Source of the DNA: a virus | DNA length: 64,000 bases | Virus record (IMG/VR): IMGVR_UViG_3300032308_002010 | Span: 1-64,000 of that record | Reading direction: 5' to 3' (one strand) | Shown here: piece after piece, positions 49,232 through 58,581 of the stretch | How the letters are laid out: each line of letters starts with the position of its first letter | How positions within the stretch are numbered: the first letter of the stretch is position 1 | Notes under the pieces: generated by a model | What the model was told of the DNA's origin: nothing | Seen by the model: only the letters and a program-made list of their open reading frames with translations | Database searches by the model: none | Made by a program: the position numbers and the translations under genes

Positions 49232-52200
49232 TTAGACCACTAAGTGCAGCTCAATGTTGTTGAGCGGCGCCGGGACAGTCAGATCAAGCACAATCTCGAT
49301 ACGATCCTTGAGCAGCGGATGAATCTGCAGCTTACGAATCGCGCCGTCGATGAGCTGCGAGCCCAGCTCCTCGGTATTACCGTTGCCCTTGAGGAAATCG
49401 ATAATTGCCGTGACTTCGTAACGTAACCGACGCACCATACCCGGCTGCGCGTTCGTGCGGCCGATGAACGGCTTCAGACGGCGGTAGAACAGGTACGACA
49501 TGCTATCGACGTTACGACGAATCATTTCTTCACGGCGGTTCAGATCGAGGTTGTCGGTCGTCAAGGCGTGACGCGTGTGCGGCGTTCCGTCCTTGTCTTC
49601 CGTCACGATCCAGACGCCGGCCTCAGCCATGCGGTTAAGCTGGGTTTCGTTGAGGTACTTGTAGGAGCGCGAGAAGTCGTCAAACCCGGCAACCTCAACG
49701 TTCGTCAGCGGCTGGTGGGGCACCACGCCGGAGACGAGACCGGCCAGAGCGGCCGCGAGGTAGTAACCGGGCTGGATCGTGCCGGCTTCACCGACCTGAT
49801 CCGGCCACACGGCGCACACGCGACGGTTCGAGAGCGAACCACCCTGTTGCGCAATGTCTTCAACGATCTCGTTGCGGTTACGGTTGTGCCAAACCTCGAC
49901 GCGCTGCGGAACTGTAACCGCGGCGTCAGCGCCGGAGTACAGCAGCAGGGTCGATTCCGAGATAACCTGATCCACAACGTACTCTTCGTACTGCTCTTCG
50001 CCGAAACCGTCGACCGAGTAGTTGTAGCGCACGATATCGCCGGGGCGTACGTCATTTGTGATGAAGTAACCGTTGCCCGACGTAACCGTCAGCTTCGTGT
50101 ACTGCGTGTTGGTAGCGTTCGGGTCGTCGGCGAGCGAGGCAAGAACCGGGTCGTTAACCGTTTCGCCAAGCACACCTGCGATGCTCACGCCCTCACCAAC
50201 AACCTGAGCGACCGGCTGCGCCTTGAGGGCGAAGAAGCCAGCCTTCCAGTTGTTCGCGTACTCGTTCGACTCGCCGCCGATGTGCGCGGCCCACAGGTTT
50301 TGAATCCTGCGGTCGAACGTCATCGGAACGAGGTTATACATGTCGTCGCGGCCCTTGATGCGCTCAAGCACCTGTACCCACTTGTCCATGTCGACACCGA
50401 GCGAGCGACCCTCTTGGTCGTACTTCTCGGGGTCAGCTACGGCGGTGTACTTCACCACGGTGCCGTTGCTGTTGGAGAGCGCCTTGTAAACGCCCCACTT
50501 CAGCGGGTTATCAGGATCGAGCTGGCCCTTGATGTTGTCGAGGTCAGCCACGTCGCTGATCGAGTTGACCTGATCGGCCAGCTCAGACAGCCACTCGCGA
50601 TACTCGACGTACACCTTGCCAGAAATAACCGGCAGGGGTTGCTCGGCGCCGGCGCTGGTCCACTCGGGGTGGTAAGCGACGATGCCTTCCTGCACGCAGA
50701 TCTGGGTGTCTTCGTACCAGAAGTTGGTCATCGGGGCGAATCCGATCCGATTCTTCGAGATCTGGATGTTGTCCTTGATGAACAGCTTGAGGTCCATGTC
50801 TTCGCCGCTGATCAGCTGGCATGTCGCTGTAGCTGTCACCGCGCCGGGGCCAGCCGGTGGCGCCGAAAGCGTGACAGTCGGAGCGCTGGTGTAACCGGCG
50901 CCACGATCTGTGACCACAATGTTAACAACTCTGTCGGTGTTCTCGCCTTGAATGCTACCGAGCACAGCGTAACCGACGGCAGTACGAGCCTGCACAAGGT
51001 TGCCTGTCGGAGCCGAGAACGTCACAGTCGGGGCGGCGCCGTAACCGTCTCCAGCGTTGGTGATGCTGACCGGACCCACCTTGTCGACCGGCGCGCCGTC
51101 CTGCGTGAGCAGTACGGTCGGGAGGTCGTCGCGAAGGATGAGCTTGCGCACCGGGCCGGCCTTGCTGGAGTTAACAGTGATGTACCACTTGTCACCCTTG
51201 CGCAGACCAGCAACAGCGAAGTTGTCCTCTTGGTCGGCAGCGCCGACAAAGCGAACTTTAACGCCGTTCGTGCCGATGGCTACAGAGACGGCGTTACCGC
51301 CGGCGCCGTCGCCAGTTACTTCGGTCGGGCCGGAGAAGTCGAGGCCCTTGACGGTACGCACGGTGATCTCGGGAAGCTGAGCCCACGTGCCGCCCTTGGT
51401 GCACTCAACGACGTACGTGTCGTTCTTCGCGCCGGCGTACTTGCCAAGGATGTCAACCGCGCCGACAACGCCGTTTACCGACTCTTCAGTCTGGTACGCG
51501 CCGTCAGCGTCCGAAACAGCCCGGACCTTTTCGTACGTCTGCTTGACGTCAAACTTCCACTTCTGACCGACAACAAAGTTATCAAGATTAAGCGTTGTGA
51601 AACGCACCGAGAGGCCGCGGGTGCCGATGAACGTCACGCCGTCGTTGTCGTCAAAATCGTTCGGCTGAATTTCAGCCTGATCATCAGTGCCGGTTCCAGA
51701 CACAACACGCAGACGCGCGGCGTTGCAGCCAGAAATCGTGCTCTTGATGACTTCGACGTAGTACTCTTCTTCAACAGCGCCGGAGGGAAGGCCGTCATAA
51801 TCATTGGCACCTTCGTCTTGGGCGTCGAGGACGGTCACTGAAACGGCGTTATCAACACCCTCGATCTGCGTAACAGTTACGTCAACGCCGCTGGCGCTTT
51901 CGGCTGTGTAGCTATCTTGGTTGTTGATGTCAGCGACGGCCGGCAGAATGCGCGACGGAACAAGGTCGCTGGCGAAGCCGGTTACGTATGTCTCAAGCAC
52001 GGTCTCGATGCAGTCGTTGTCGGCGCTCACAGTGCGGAGCTGAACAACGTCGCCGAGTTGCACGTCACGATCAAAGAACGCGCTCGATCGCGGGTAAGCA
52101 GCGCCGTTCGACTTGAACGACAGCGTGCTGGACGCAATCCAGTTAGTCTTGCCGGGCACAGCTGTAATCGTCGTGTCGCTCTCGCCCATGTTGTGCTGGT

Positions 52201-52468
52201 AGTAACGCAGCATGGCGTCGTCAGCGTAAAGCTTGACGTAGGGAAGATCGACAACCGAGCCGGGCAGACGTTGCGGCCACGTGTAGCACGTATCGTTAAG
52301 ACGATCGTACTGGCCAAGAAGACAAAACCGCTTCTCGTCCGTGTTGCTATAGCGGTGAAGAATGCCATGCGGGCCAGCGATGTGGGCGCGCAGCGGCTCC
52401 GTGATCTCCGTGGGGACGATACGGAACTCTTGGAAAACAAGAACTTGTGGTTTTACGTAGCTCGACAT
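49232..52468 (-). CDS. tail sheath protein (enlarged)
   Basis: C-terminal sheath core (AAALAGLVSG..PHQPLTN...GF...LNRMAE.GVWIV...RH.LTT...E.I.RNVD...Y...L..FIG..N); strong high-expression codon bias. Confidence 0.9.
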   Translation of the reverse strand: MSSYVKPQVLVFQEFRIVPTEITEPLRAHIAGPHGILHRYSNTDEKRFCLLGQYDRLNDTCYTWPQRLPGSVVDLPYVKLYADDAMLRYYQHNMGESDTTITAVPGKTNWIASSTLSFKSNGAAYPRSSAFFDRDVQLGDVVQLRTVSADNDCIETVLETYVTGFASDLVPSRILPAVADINNQDSYTAESASGVDVTVTQIEGVDNAVSVTVLDAQDEGANDYDGLPSGAVEEEYYVEVIKSTISGCNAARLRVVSGTGTDDQAEIQPNDFDDNDGVTFIGTRGLSVRFTTLNLDNFVVGQKWKFDVKQTYEKVRAVSDADGAYQTEESVNGVVGAVDILGKYAGAKNDTYVVECTKGGTWAQLPEITVRTVKGLDFSGPTEVTGDGAGGNAVSVAIGTNGVKVRFVGAADQEDNFAVAGLRKGDKWYITVNSSKAGPVRKLILRDDLPTVLLTQDGAPVDKVGPVSITNAGDGYGAAPTVTFSAPTGNLVQARTAVGYAVLGSIQGENTDRVVNIVVTDRGAGYTSAPTVTLSAPPAGPGAVTATATCQLISGEDMDLKLFIKDNIQISKNRIGFAPMTNFWYEDTQICVQEGIVAYHPEWTSAGAEQPLPVISGKVYVEYREWLSELADQVNSISDVADLDNIKGQLDPDNPLKWGVYKALSNSNGTVVKYTAVADPEKYDQEGRSLGVDMDKWVQVLERIKGRDDMYNLVPMTFDRRIQNLWAAHIGGESNEYANNWKAGFFALKAQPVAQVVGEGVSIAGVLGETVNDPVLASLADDPNATNTQYTKLTVTSGNGYFITNDVRPGDIVRYNYSVDGFGEEQYEEYVVDQVISESTLLLYSGADAAVTVPQRVEVWHNRNRNEIVEDIAQQGGSLSNRRVCAVWPDQVGEAGTIQPGYYLAAALAGLVSGVVPHQPLTNVEVAGFDDFSRSYKYLNETQLNRMAEAGVWIVTEDKDGTPHTRHALTTDNLDLNRREEMIRRNVDSMSYLFYRRLKPFIGRTNAQPGMVRRLRYEVTAIIDFLKGNGNTEELGSQLIDGAIRKLQIHPLLKDRIEIVLDLTVPAPLNNIELHLVV

Positions 52469-52473
52469 ACGTC

Positions 52474-52487
52474 TCGGCCTCCGTGCC
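52474..52487 (-). promoter_or_regulatory. CsrA/Rsm-type hexaloop at the sheath SD
   Basis: GGC-ACGGAG-GCC. Confidence 0.5.
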
Positions 52488-52521
52488 TAAATTTTACGTG
52501 TGTGCGGTAGGGCGTTCAGGT

Positions 52522-52540
52522 CGTAGTATACACAACTACG
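52522..52540 (-). promoter_or_regulatory. candidate late promoter (TATACT) within a 6-bp inverted repeat
   Basis: CGTAGT-TGTGTAT-ACTACG on -, in the intergenic gap upstream of the sheath. Confidence 0.4.
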
Positions 52541-52571
52541 GGTTTGCAAAAAAAACACCCCATAAAAATTC

Positions 52572-53282
52572 TTAACAAGACAGTAAATCTGATGCCTTGA
52601 AGACAATCCGCTTTAGGCGCGGCGCATGCGGCTGGAGCGACCAAGCTTCCTCGGCAACGTATGCAACAGTCACAGGGACGGCATATCCCTGAGCGACCTC
52701 TTGAACTTCTCCTATGCCGCCGACTTCGGCGACGTAAAAACGAAACAAATCCATCTGGTCTCGGATCAGCGGCGAGAAGTTGATTAAAAACTTCAAGACC
52801 TCTGTTGCGAGAAATTCGGTTTCTGCGCCGGCAGAACTAAGGCAGTATATCGTATGACTACCTTCCCACAGTCCGGCGTAACTTACTTCTCCAGTATAAT
52901 CACTGGAGCTTGCAATGTCACCAATAGTTTGTTTTTGCCAGCGCCACCCATTTCGTTTAATAAGTACAGCTGGTCGCTTATCGGCGGTGTTTGGTGACCA
53001 CCGCGTAATACTTTCTATCAAAATACCGCCCTTGTTGTCGCCGGCGTCGGAGGGGCGCCAAGCGCCAAGCGTTTCTACGTGCCGGCGTATACGCGGTTCC
53101 TCTACATTAGCTGGATCCGCAAAGTGCCCCATTAATAATTGCCGCAAAAAACCAGTCATTACGTGCGGCCGTGTGCCGTACGAGCAAAGCGAACTAACTT
53201 TTTCGACTCGGTTTTCGGGGCTGCTGCCGGCCGGGAATTGTGCTTCAATTTCCGGCGGGTTTGGGTCGTCGCAGGTGCTCAC
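52572..53282 (-). CDS. putative tail terminator / tail completion protein
   Basis: Located between neck and sheath; D.RPA..IKR..W and H...C.S....E.E.LA patterns. Confidence 0.55.
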   Translation of the reverse strand: MSTCDDPNPPEIEAQFPAGSSPENRVEKVSSLCSYGTRPHVMTGFLRQLLMGHFADPANVEEPRIRRHVETLGAWRPSDAGDNKGGILIESITRWSPNTADKRPAVLIKRNGWRWQKQTIGDIASSSDYTGEVSYAGLWEGSHTIYCLSSAGAETEFLATEVLKFLINFSPLIRDQMDLFRFYVAEVGGIGEVQEVAQGYAVPVTVAYVAEEAWSLQPHAPRLKRIVFKASDLLSC

Positions 53283-53346
53283 CGGATTTGTCCTTTAAAT
53301 TTTTGTCGTACATATCGCCTGACGCAAACAAACTTATCTTTGGCGG

Positions 53347-53362
53347 CAAAATTCGAATTTTG
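53347..53362. promoter_or_regulatory. perfect 16-bp palindrome, possible operator
   Basis: CAAAATTCGAATTTTG in an intergenic gap. Confidence 0.35.
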
Positions 53363-53396
53363 TCTAACCGCGGTTCGGCCGGATTTTTTTTGGTCA

Positions 53397-54629
53397 TCAG
53401 ATATCCCAAAAATTGTCTTTGACGTTTGGCGGCGTTTCAACAACACGTGTAACTGCCGGCTCGGGTGCCGCAGTAAATTGTTGCGGCGCGTTGGTGTTTA
53501 CAACAGTAACAAAATCAACGTCTGGTCCGTACTCGCCCAACTTGCTGTATACGATAGCATACTGACCAGCATCCAACGCGATTGACTGCGCCCAGCGCCC
53601 GTTTGCCGTTGTTGATGTTACACCAAGCGCTAGATTTTCTGGTGTTTCAAAACCGCTAACGTCAAAAACACTCTTCTCATAAATACGTATAGACGCCCCG
53701 TGAATTGGGCAGCCGTCTTCAGTTTTGTAAACAAATCGATCGTTTCCGCCATAGTTTTGGTCGACCGGTACAGCGCCACAACCCTCGACCGGTAAGGTGG
53801 GTCCAACGCGCTCCGCCGGCTCGCCGCCCACTTCGATGGCGTAGGCAGTATTGCTAAACGGCAGCAGACCCATTTTGACTTGATATACAATCGGCACGTT
53901 TCTAATCGCCGCGGCAATTTGAATGGTCTCAACAAGCCAACGTTCGTCGCTGGAACCGTTGACCCAGATATCGCTTTTGTTAATAGCCGGAAAGCCTACA
54001 AGCCGCGCCGTGATATACGGATTGTTGCGCGTCATTCCTTTGAACTGCGCGTCTACATCTTCTTGAATAGTCTGAGTCGATAAATCCCAGCACTGTAGTG
54101 ACAGCGGCGGATGATAACCAACTTCGAAGCCGGTGCCGTTGCAAACAGGGCAATCAGAGTCTAGTACTTCTTGTGTTAACTGGTCGCGGCACCTGCGGCA
54201 CGGTTTTCCGAAACGAAACGGTTTTAACAGATAACCCGGAACCGCAACATATTTAAACCGCAGCTGTTCCTTGCGAATTATCTCGCGCGCAATTAGCCAG
54301 TCTTTCTCGGGTATGTCGCCGTAGCAATTAGCAGCCTGTGAGACATACACACTCGTCGGTGTAGTTAGTACAACGCGATAGTGATCCAGCAGGTCGTATC
54401 CGGCTTCGCGCCATTCTGGATCTGACGCCGTGTAGCCATTTACAACAGGCGGACCGATGTTGACCCAGTCTACGGCGTCGCGGAGCCCGGTCTTTCCAAG
54501 CTGCAGTTGAAATACGTACGGCCCGGGTTCGTTAAACGTTCGCTCTAACTGCCACCAAACGCGAGTTGTGCCGCGGACCATATGATCCACTGAAACTCGG
54601 CGGAACGGAAAGATGCGGGACTGCGGCAT
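53397..54629 (-). CDS. neck/head-closure protein with Zn finger and C-terminal beta-sandwich
   Basis: CRRC...CPVCNGTGF; head-closure-like D.WV......W.VE; C-terminal GA.IRIY...T.ANG.W...L..G.Y. Confidence 0.55.
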   Translation of the reverse strand: MPQSRIFPFRRVSVDHMVRGTTRVWWQLERTFNEPGPYVFQLQLGKTGLRDAVDWVNIGPPVVNGYTASDPEWREAGYDLLDHYRVVLTTPTSVYVSQAANCYGDIPEKDWLIAREIIRKEQLRFKYVAVPGYLLKPFRFGKPCRRCRDQLTQEVLDSDCPVCNGTGFEVGYHPPLSLQCWDLSTQTIQEDVDAQFKGMTRNNPYITARLVGFPAINKSDIWVNGSSDERWLVETIQIAAAIRNVPIVYQVKMGLLPFSNTAYAIEVGGEPAERVGPTLPVEGCGAVPVDQNYGGNDRFVYKTEDGCPIHGASIRIYEKSVFDVSGFETPENLALGVTSTTANGRWAQSIALDAGQYAIVYSKLGEYGPDVDFVTVVNTNAPQQFTAAPEPAVTRVVETPPNVKDNFWDI

Positions 54630-54689
54630 TGCTTATTTGAGCCTCCGCGCGGGTCGACATAAAAATATCATGTCAAACCGCGCAAAATA

Positions 54690-55682
54690 TCAATAACGAA
54701 TACGGATTGCGTCAGTGTAAGCCGAGTATTTATACGTCGAAGAAACCTCGCCGTAGCCACCCTCCAGATTGATACTGGCCTTTGTGGCGCGCACCCACTC
54801 GCGATACGCCTGCCACCGCATCTGGCCTGCGCGCTCGTAGCTGGCCTCTTTATTTTGGTCGTTTACTGACAACCCGGCCGCGGAGTAGTCAAACTGATTG
54901 CGGCGAAACTGCTCGGCCACCATCATGAATAAATTTGCGCAGATCCCCTCAAGCCAGTGATATCTAAACGGAAAAGATTGAGTGTTGTATACGGCGTCAA
55001 TTGGGGGCGGGATTTCGTTCCAGTACATAACAGGGCGCGCAATGGCTAGGGCAATCTCCGCGTCGTCAAACATTAAGCCATCGAGCAGAAAACTCTCGCC
55101 CGGAGCTGAGTCGCGGAGATGCAAACGGATCTCGGCAATACTCGGAGGTCCGCCCGGCTGGTTCACGCTATCAAACGTGCTGCGGGCGATTACCACCGAA
55201 AACGTATTAGAAAAGATTACACACGGCTGGTTACTGGCTTGCGCCGGCACACTGACAAGCGCCATCTCGCCGTAATACACGCCCGGGACGCTTGTGGCGT
55301 TGCTAGATAACGATACAGAGACTTTGCCTGTCTCGGGCGCCACAATCGTTGCCTGCACTTCTACGGGCGGATTCTGATTACCCAACGACAGCTGTTCTTT
55401 CAGCCGTAAAACCACCTTAAAGTCCTGCGGATCGTCGCACGCCGTCAGGCTCACCGGGCGGCCTTCGCGGTCGTGCATTGTCCACTCAATCGTGGCGCAC
55501 TGCCCCTGCGTCAGCGTAATCGCCCGCATACGAGTCAAAATGGGCTGGCCATTAACGCCAGATATCGGCGCGCTAACGACGTTTTGGCCGACGCACGAAA
55601 CTGGCGTAATAGATTGGCCGTTTGTGCTACCGTTGCAACACGGCACAATGGGGTGTTCAGCTGGTGTGGCGATGACGACCAT
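54690..55682 (-). CDS. head-tail adaptor/neck protein with N-terminal Ig-like (BppU-like) domain
   Basis: C-terminal EIR..LRD......LLD...F.D.EI..AI....WN..PP adaptor-like region; N-terminal G.V.V.L....T..PG.Y..E. Confidence 0.6.
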   Translation of the reverse strand: MVVIATPAEHPIVPCCNGSTNGQSITPVSCVGQNVVSAPISGVNGQPILTRMRAITLTQGQCATIEWTMHDREGRPVSLTACDDPQDFKVVLRLKEQLSLGNQNPPVEVQATIVAPETGKVSVSLSSNATSVPGVYYGEMALVSVPAQASNQPCVIFSNTFSVVIARSTFDSVNQPGGPPSIAEIRLHLRDSAPGESFLLDGLMFDDAEIALAIARPVMYWNEIPPPIDAVYNTQSFPFRYHWLEGICANLFMMVAEQFRRNQFDYSAAGLSVNDQNKEASYERAGQMRWQAYREWVRATKASINLEGGYGEVSSTYKYSAYTDAIRIRY

Positions 55683-55686
55683 GTGT

Positions 55687-55700
55687 ACCTCCGTGTAACA
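55687..55700 (-). promoter_or_regulatory. CsrA/Rsm-type hexaloop at the neck gene SD
   Basis: UAC-ACGGAG-GUA (ACACGGAGGU). Confidence 0.5.
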
Positions 55701-55710
55701 ACTACAGTAT

Positions 55711-55747
55711 AAACAAAAAGGGCCGGCCGCTTACGCAGCCAGCCCTT
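55711..55747 (-). terminator. rho-independent terminator of the capsid operon
   Basis: GGGCUGGCUGC-GUAA-GCGGCCGGCCC followed by UUUUUGUUU. Confidence 0.9.
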
Positions 55748-55772
55748 CGTGAGTCAAACAGATAAGTTAAGC

Positions 55773-56093
55773 TCAGTCCCAACCTTCCGGGCTCTTGGTG
55801 CCCAGCGCGTTGTCATCGAGCTTAAGCTGATCGACGCTGCCGTCGTCCTCGTCGGTGAGGTAAACAGCCGGCGACTTAGTGATGATCAAGTCGCCGTCTT
55901 CCAGCGCCGTTTCGAGCGCTTTGAACTGCCGCTGACCACCACGACCGCCCTTGCCGACCGTCGAGACGAGATCGCCGGGGACGGTGTACGTCTCGTTGTT
56001 CGCGAGACGCTTACCGTGCGCGCCGAGGAAGCCAAACACTCGGGCGGCGCCCGAAATGTTTTTAACTGTCGTGTATAAACCGGGTACTGCCAT
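55773..56093 (-). CDS. small head-associated protein
   Basis: Last gene before the terminator; same codon bias as the major capsid. Confidence 0.65.
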   Translation of the reverse strand: MAVPGLYTTVKNISGAARVFGFLGAHGKRLANNETYTVPGDLVSTVGKGGRGGQRQFKALETALEDGDLIITKSPAVYLTDEDDGSVDQLKLDDNALGTKSPEGWD

Positions 56094-56112
56094 TGTTAGT
56101 TACTCCATTTCT

Positions 56113-56502
56113 TCAGGATGCGCTTTGCAGAGCCGCGGCCGCAGCAGCCTGCAGCGTCAAAACAGCCTGCGCAATCGCAGGTTGATTAGCCGCTGCGCTT
56201 GCTACGTCGCCGTAAGCAGCCGCCTTTTCACCAGTGCCGCCAAGGCCCGCGGCCGCAAGCATCTCGTCAAGCTGCTTGTTAGCAACGTTGAGCGAGGATG
56301 CTTGCGCAGCCGCGACCTTTTCTTGCTCCGCCGTGTAGAGCACATGAAGCTTGGAGGCAGCGGCCCACATTTCTGCGGCTTCGCCTTCCGTACGCGGCTG
56401 AATGCCGTGCGCGGCAAGCTTCTCGAAGAAATACGGCGCGGCAAGTTCCGACACGATTGTGGCGTAAGCTTGCTCAGCCGCTTCTTTAACAGTATCAGAC
56501 AT
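56113..56502 (-). CDS. small Ala-rich head protein (KxA motifs)
   Basis: AAGGAG SD; KEAA, KLAA, KVAA, KAAA. Confidence 0.65.
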   Translation of the reverse strand: MSDTVKEAAEQAYATIVSELAAPYFFEKLAAHGIQPRTEGEAAEMWAAASKLHVLYTAEQEKVAAAQASSLNVANKQLDEMLAAAGLGGTGEKAAAYGDVASAAANQPAIAQAVLTLQAAAAAALQSAS

Positions 56503-56536
56503 AACGTGCTCCTTTGGGTTTAATTCCTACACGGCA

Positions 56537-57463
56537 TCACTTGAAGTTAACGCGAGCCAGACCGTTGGTATGGCCGAACGAGCCGCCCGAAGTCTGGTAA
56601 GCGAAGTACTCAAGCATGTAAGCTTCACGACGGATGTACATCGTGGTGGGCTCCAGCTCGTAGTTCTTGCCGATGAACTTCGGCGACGCGAACATGAACA
56701 GCGAGTCATCGGGGACAAGATCGCGCTTGATCGTGACGATCCAGCGGCAGTTGAGGAAGTTCGTCTCCGCCCAACCGTTCTTGATGATGTCCTGCGAGAA
56801 GTCACCGCCCATTTCGTCACGGCCGAACTTGAGGAGTTCCTTGATCGTGATGTTATTCACGAGGCAGGTTTCAACCTCAAAGTGCGACGGCGTGCGGGGC
56901 ATAACTTTCAGCGCGTCAACAAGGGTTTCACGCGTGATGCCGCCCGAAATTTCCTCGTACTGCACAGCGCCGCTAGCAACGTTGGCAACACCCGGAGTCG
57001 GAAGCACGGCGTTGAAGGCGGCAATAAACTTGCCGTCTTCTTCAGCCAGCATGTCCTTGATCATGTTGTCCGACAGCACCTGCCGGATGTCGATTACGTA
57101 CGTACGCAGCTCGTCGACGTCCTTCACAGCGCGGGGCGACACGATCCGGTCAAACATGACGCGGTAGCGCGGGCCACGGATGTAGAAGTTAATCGGGAGC
57201 GTCGCGAACGGAAGCGACACAGCCGCCGGGGAATCGGGCTCCTTGTCCACAACCTTAACGGGCTTGTCAGTATCAACCTGACGGTCGAGCTCGTCGTTGG
57301 TGATGGTCAGCGGCGGCATGATCCGCCGGTAGAACCCGTCTTCACGCATCTTGGTGCGCGTGAAGTCGTTAACCGCATCAATGGCCTGCTTCTGCATGCC
57401 GGGGGTGTCAAGCTGCTCAAAGAGCGTTTCGTTGAGCAGTTGGATCTCTTGCTGAGTGGGCAT
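56537..57463 (-). CDS. major capsid protein (putative HK97 fold)
   Basis: GGAGG SD 8 nt before ATG 57463; about 308 aa; strong codon bias; follows protease/scaffold/decoration genes; D..AEED..F and F..G.....G.A.V.F features. Confidence 0.85.
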   Translation of the reverse strand: MPTQQEIQLLNETLFEQLDTPGMQKQAIDAVNDFTRTKMREDGFYRRIMPPLTITNDELDRQVDTDKPVKVVDKEPDSPAAVSLPFATLPINFYIRGPRYRVMFDRIVSPRAVKDVDELRTYVIDIRQVLSDNMIKDMLAEEDGKFIAAFNAVLPTPGVANVASGAVQYEEISGGITRETLVDALKVMPRTPSHFEVETCLVNNITIKELLKFGRDEMGGDFSQDIIKNGWAETNFLNCRWIVTIKRDLVPDDSLFMFASPKFIGKNYELEPTTMYIRREAYMLEYFAYQTSGGSFGHTNGLARVNFK

Positions 57464-57467
57464 TTTG

Positions 57468-57483
57468 GGAACCTCCATGTTCC
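57468..57483 (-). promoter_or_regulatory. CsrA/Rsm-type hairpin at the major capsid SD
   Basis: GGAAC-AUGGAG-GUUCC (ACAUGGAGGU). Confidence 0.6.
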
Positions 57484-57503
57484 TGAATTAGTTAGGGATT
57501 AGA

Positions 57504-58085
57504 TCACGGATCAATGGTGGCCGCAGTGCCAGCCGGCAGGTACACGCACCAGAAGGAGAGTGTATCCACGCCATTGTGGTTCTTCGACGCGCCACTCGAA
57601 ACAACACCGCAAACCGGGTTTACGTACTGCACGGCGCTGGCCTTCGTCAGCACACCCTCAACGGCAGCGCCGCCAGAGGTGGGAGCAGTCAGAAGATCGC
57701 CGGGGTTGTACGTCACCGCGCTACCGCCGGACGTCTTCACGTACTCGGTGGTGGCGATTTCATAACCACCGGTCGCAACAAGACCCGACAGCTTGCCCGA
57801 GGGCGAAACTGCTTGGTGCATGAAGTTACCGGCCGCTGTGGTACCCGGATTGCTGACGTCAGCATCCGTCGAACCGTTCAGCAAGAAAATCGCGACGCCC
57901 GTGGCAGAGAGGCCCGGAACGAACACGTCCTTGCCGCCCTCTTTCGAGAGATGCACGACGCGACCGCGCGGGACATCATAAGCGACTGTGCTCAGCAGCT
58001 TGGCCGAGTAGTCGAGGGCCGTCATATCAAACCAGCCCTTTTTGACGTCAAGGCCGTGTTCAAACATAAGATCGGGAGCAGGCAT
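57504..58085 (-). CDS. capsid decoration/cement-like protein
   Basis: Immediately upstream of the capsid gene; beta-rich G......T.EY.....Y.PGDLLT....G.L pattern. Confidence 0.65.
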   Translation of the reverse strand: MPAPDLMFEHGLDVKKGWFDMTALDYSAKLLSTVAYDVPRGRVVHLSKEGGKDVFVPGLSATGVAIFLLNGSTDADVSNPGTTAAGNFMHQAVSPSGKLSGLVATGGYEIATTEYVKTSGGSAVTYNPGDLLTAPTSGGAAVEGVLTKASAVQYVNPVCGVVSSGASKNHNGVDTLSFWCVYLPAGTAATIDP

Positions 58086-58089
58086 TGTT

Positions 58090-58103
58090 AGACCTCCGTG
58101 TCT
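58090..58103 (-). promoter_or_regulatory. CsrA/Rsm-type hairpin at the decoration gene SD
   Basis: AGAC-ACGGAG-GUCU. Confidence 0.55.
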
Positions 58104-58139
58104 TTAGCAATTGGAAACGTGTTCCGGTAAGGGACGAAC

Positions 58140-58565
58140 TCAGGTAGTGGGCGGGTTGAGACCAAGGCCCGTAAACAACTTTACGTCAGAAGCCTTGAGG
58201 CGACCATCGCGGGCACCCACATACCCGCTCGTCAGGCTGGCTGTCGGGTCATAGCTGGCGGACTTTGTAGCCACCGGCGTGCCAAGACGAGCCATTTCAG
58301 CTGCGTTTTTATGCGCAGCTAATTTGATAACAAGTTCCATCGTGCGCACCGGGTCTTGAAGGGCGGCGGCGAGCGCTTCCTTCTGGTGGGCCTCGATCCG
58401 CTCGTTCTCCACGCACGCCTTGATGGCTTCGGGGATCAGGTGAGCCAGCTTTTCGCCGGTTTCAACCTGCGCCTTTTCGGCGGCGGCGGCTTTGGTCATC
58501 GCGGCATCGGAGTAACCGATGTAGTCGATGATCTTCTGTACGAGCGCGTTATTTTCGGTAGACAT
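58140..58565 (-). CDS. small scaffold-like head protein
   Basis: Helical; KAAA, KLAA, KNAA, KSAS; SD context ACACGGAGGU. Confidence 0.65.
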   Translation of the reverse strand: MSTENNALVQKIIDYIGYSDAAMTKAAAAEKAQVETGEKLAHLIPEAIKACVENERIEAHQKEALAAALQDPVRTMELVIKLAAHKNAAEMARLGTPVATKSASYDPTASLTSGYVGARDGRLKASDVKLFTGLGLNPPTT

Positions 58566-58581
58566 TAAAACCTCCGTGTGA

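Noticed and set aside
49568-51841. 757-aa + strand ORF
   Set aside because: It is the antisense shadow of the sheath gene. The high-GC3 codon bias avoids TTA/CTA/TCA, leaving the opposite frame open; no SD or protein-like motifs.
54640-54690. TTGACA sigma70 -35 box upstream of the neck gene
   Set aside because: No -10 hexamer at 16-18 bp spacing.
28602-55682. Tailocin / contractile injection system / T6SS
   Set aside because: Capsid, prohead protease, neck, tape measure and terminase genes are present in the same region.
56570-58091. 310-aa and 171-aa + strand ORFs
   Set aside because: Antisense shadows of the major capsid and decoration genes, for the same codon-bias reason.
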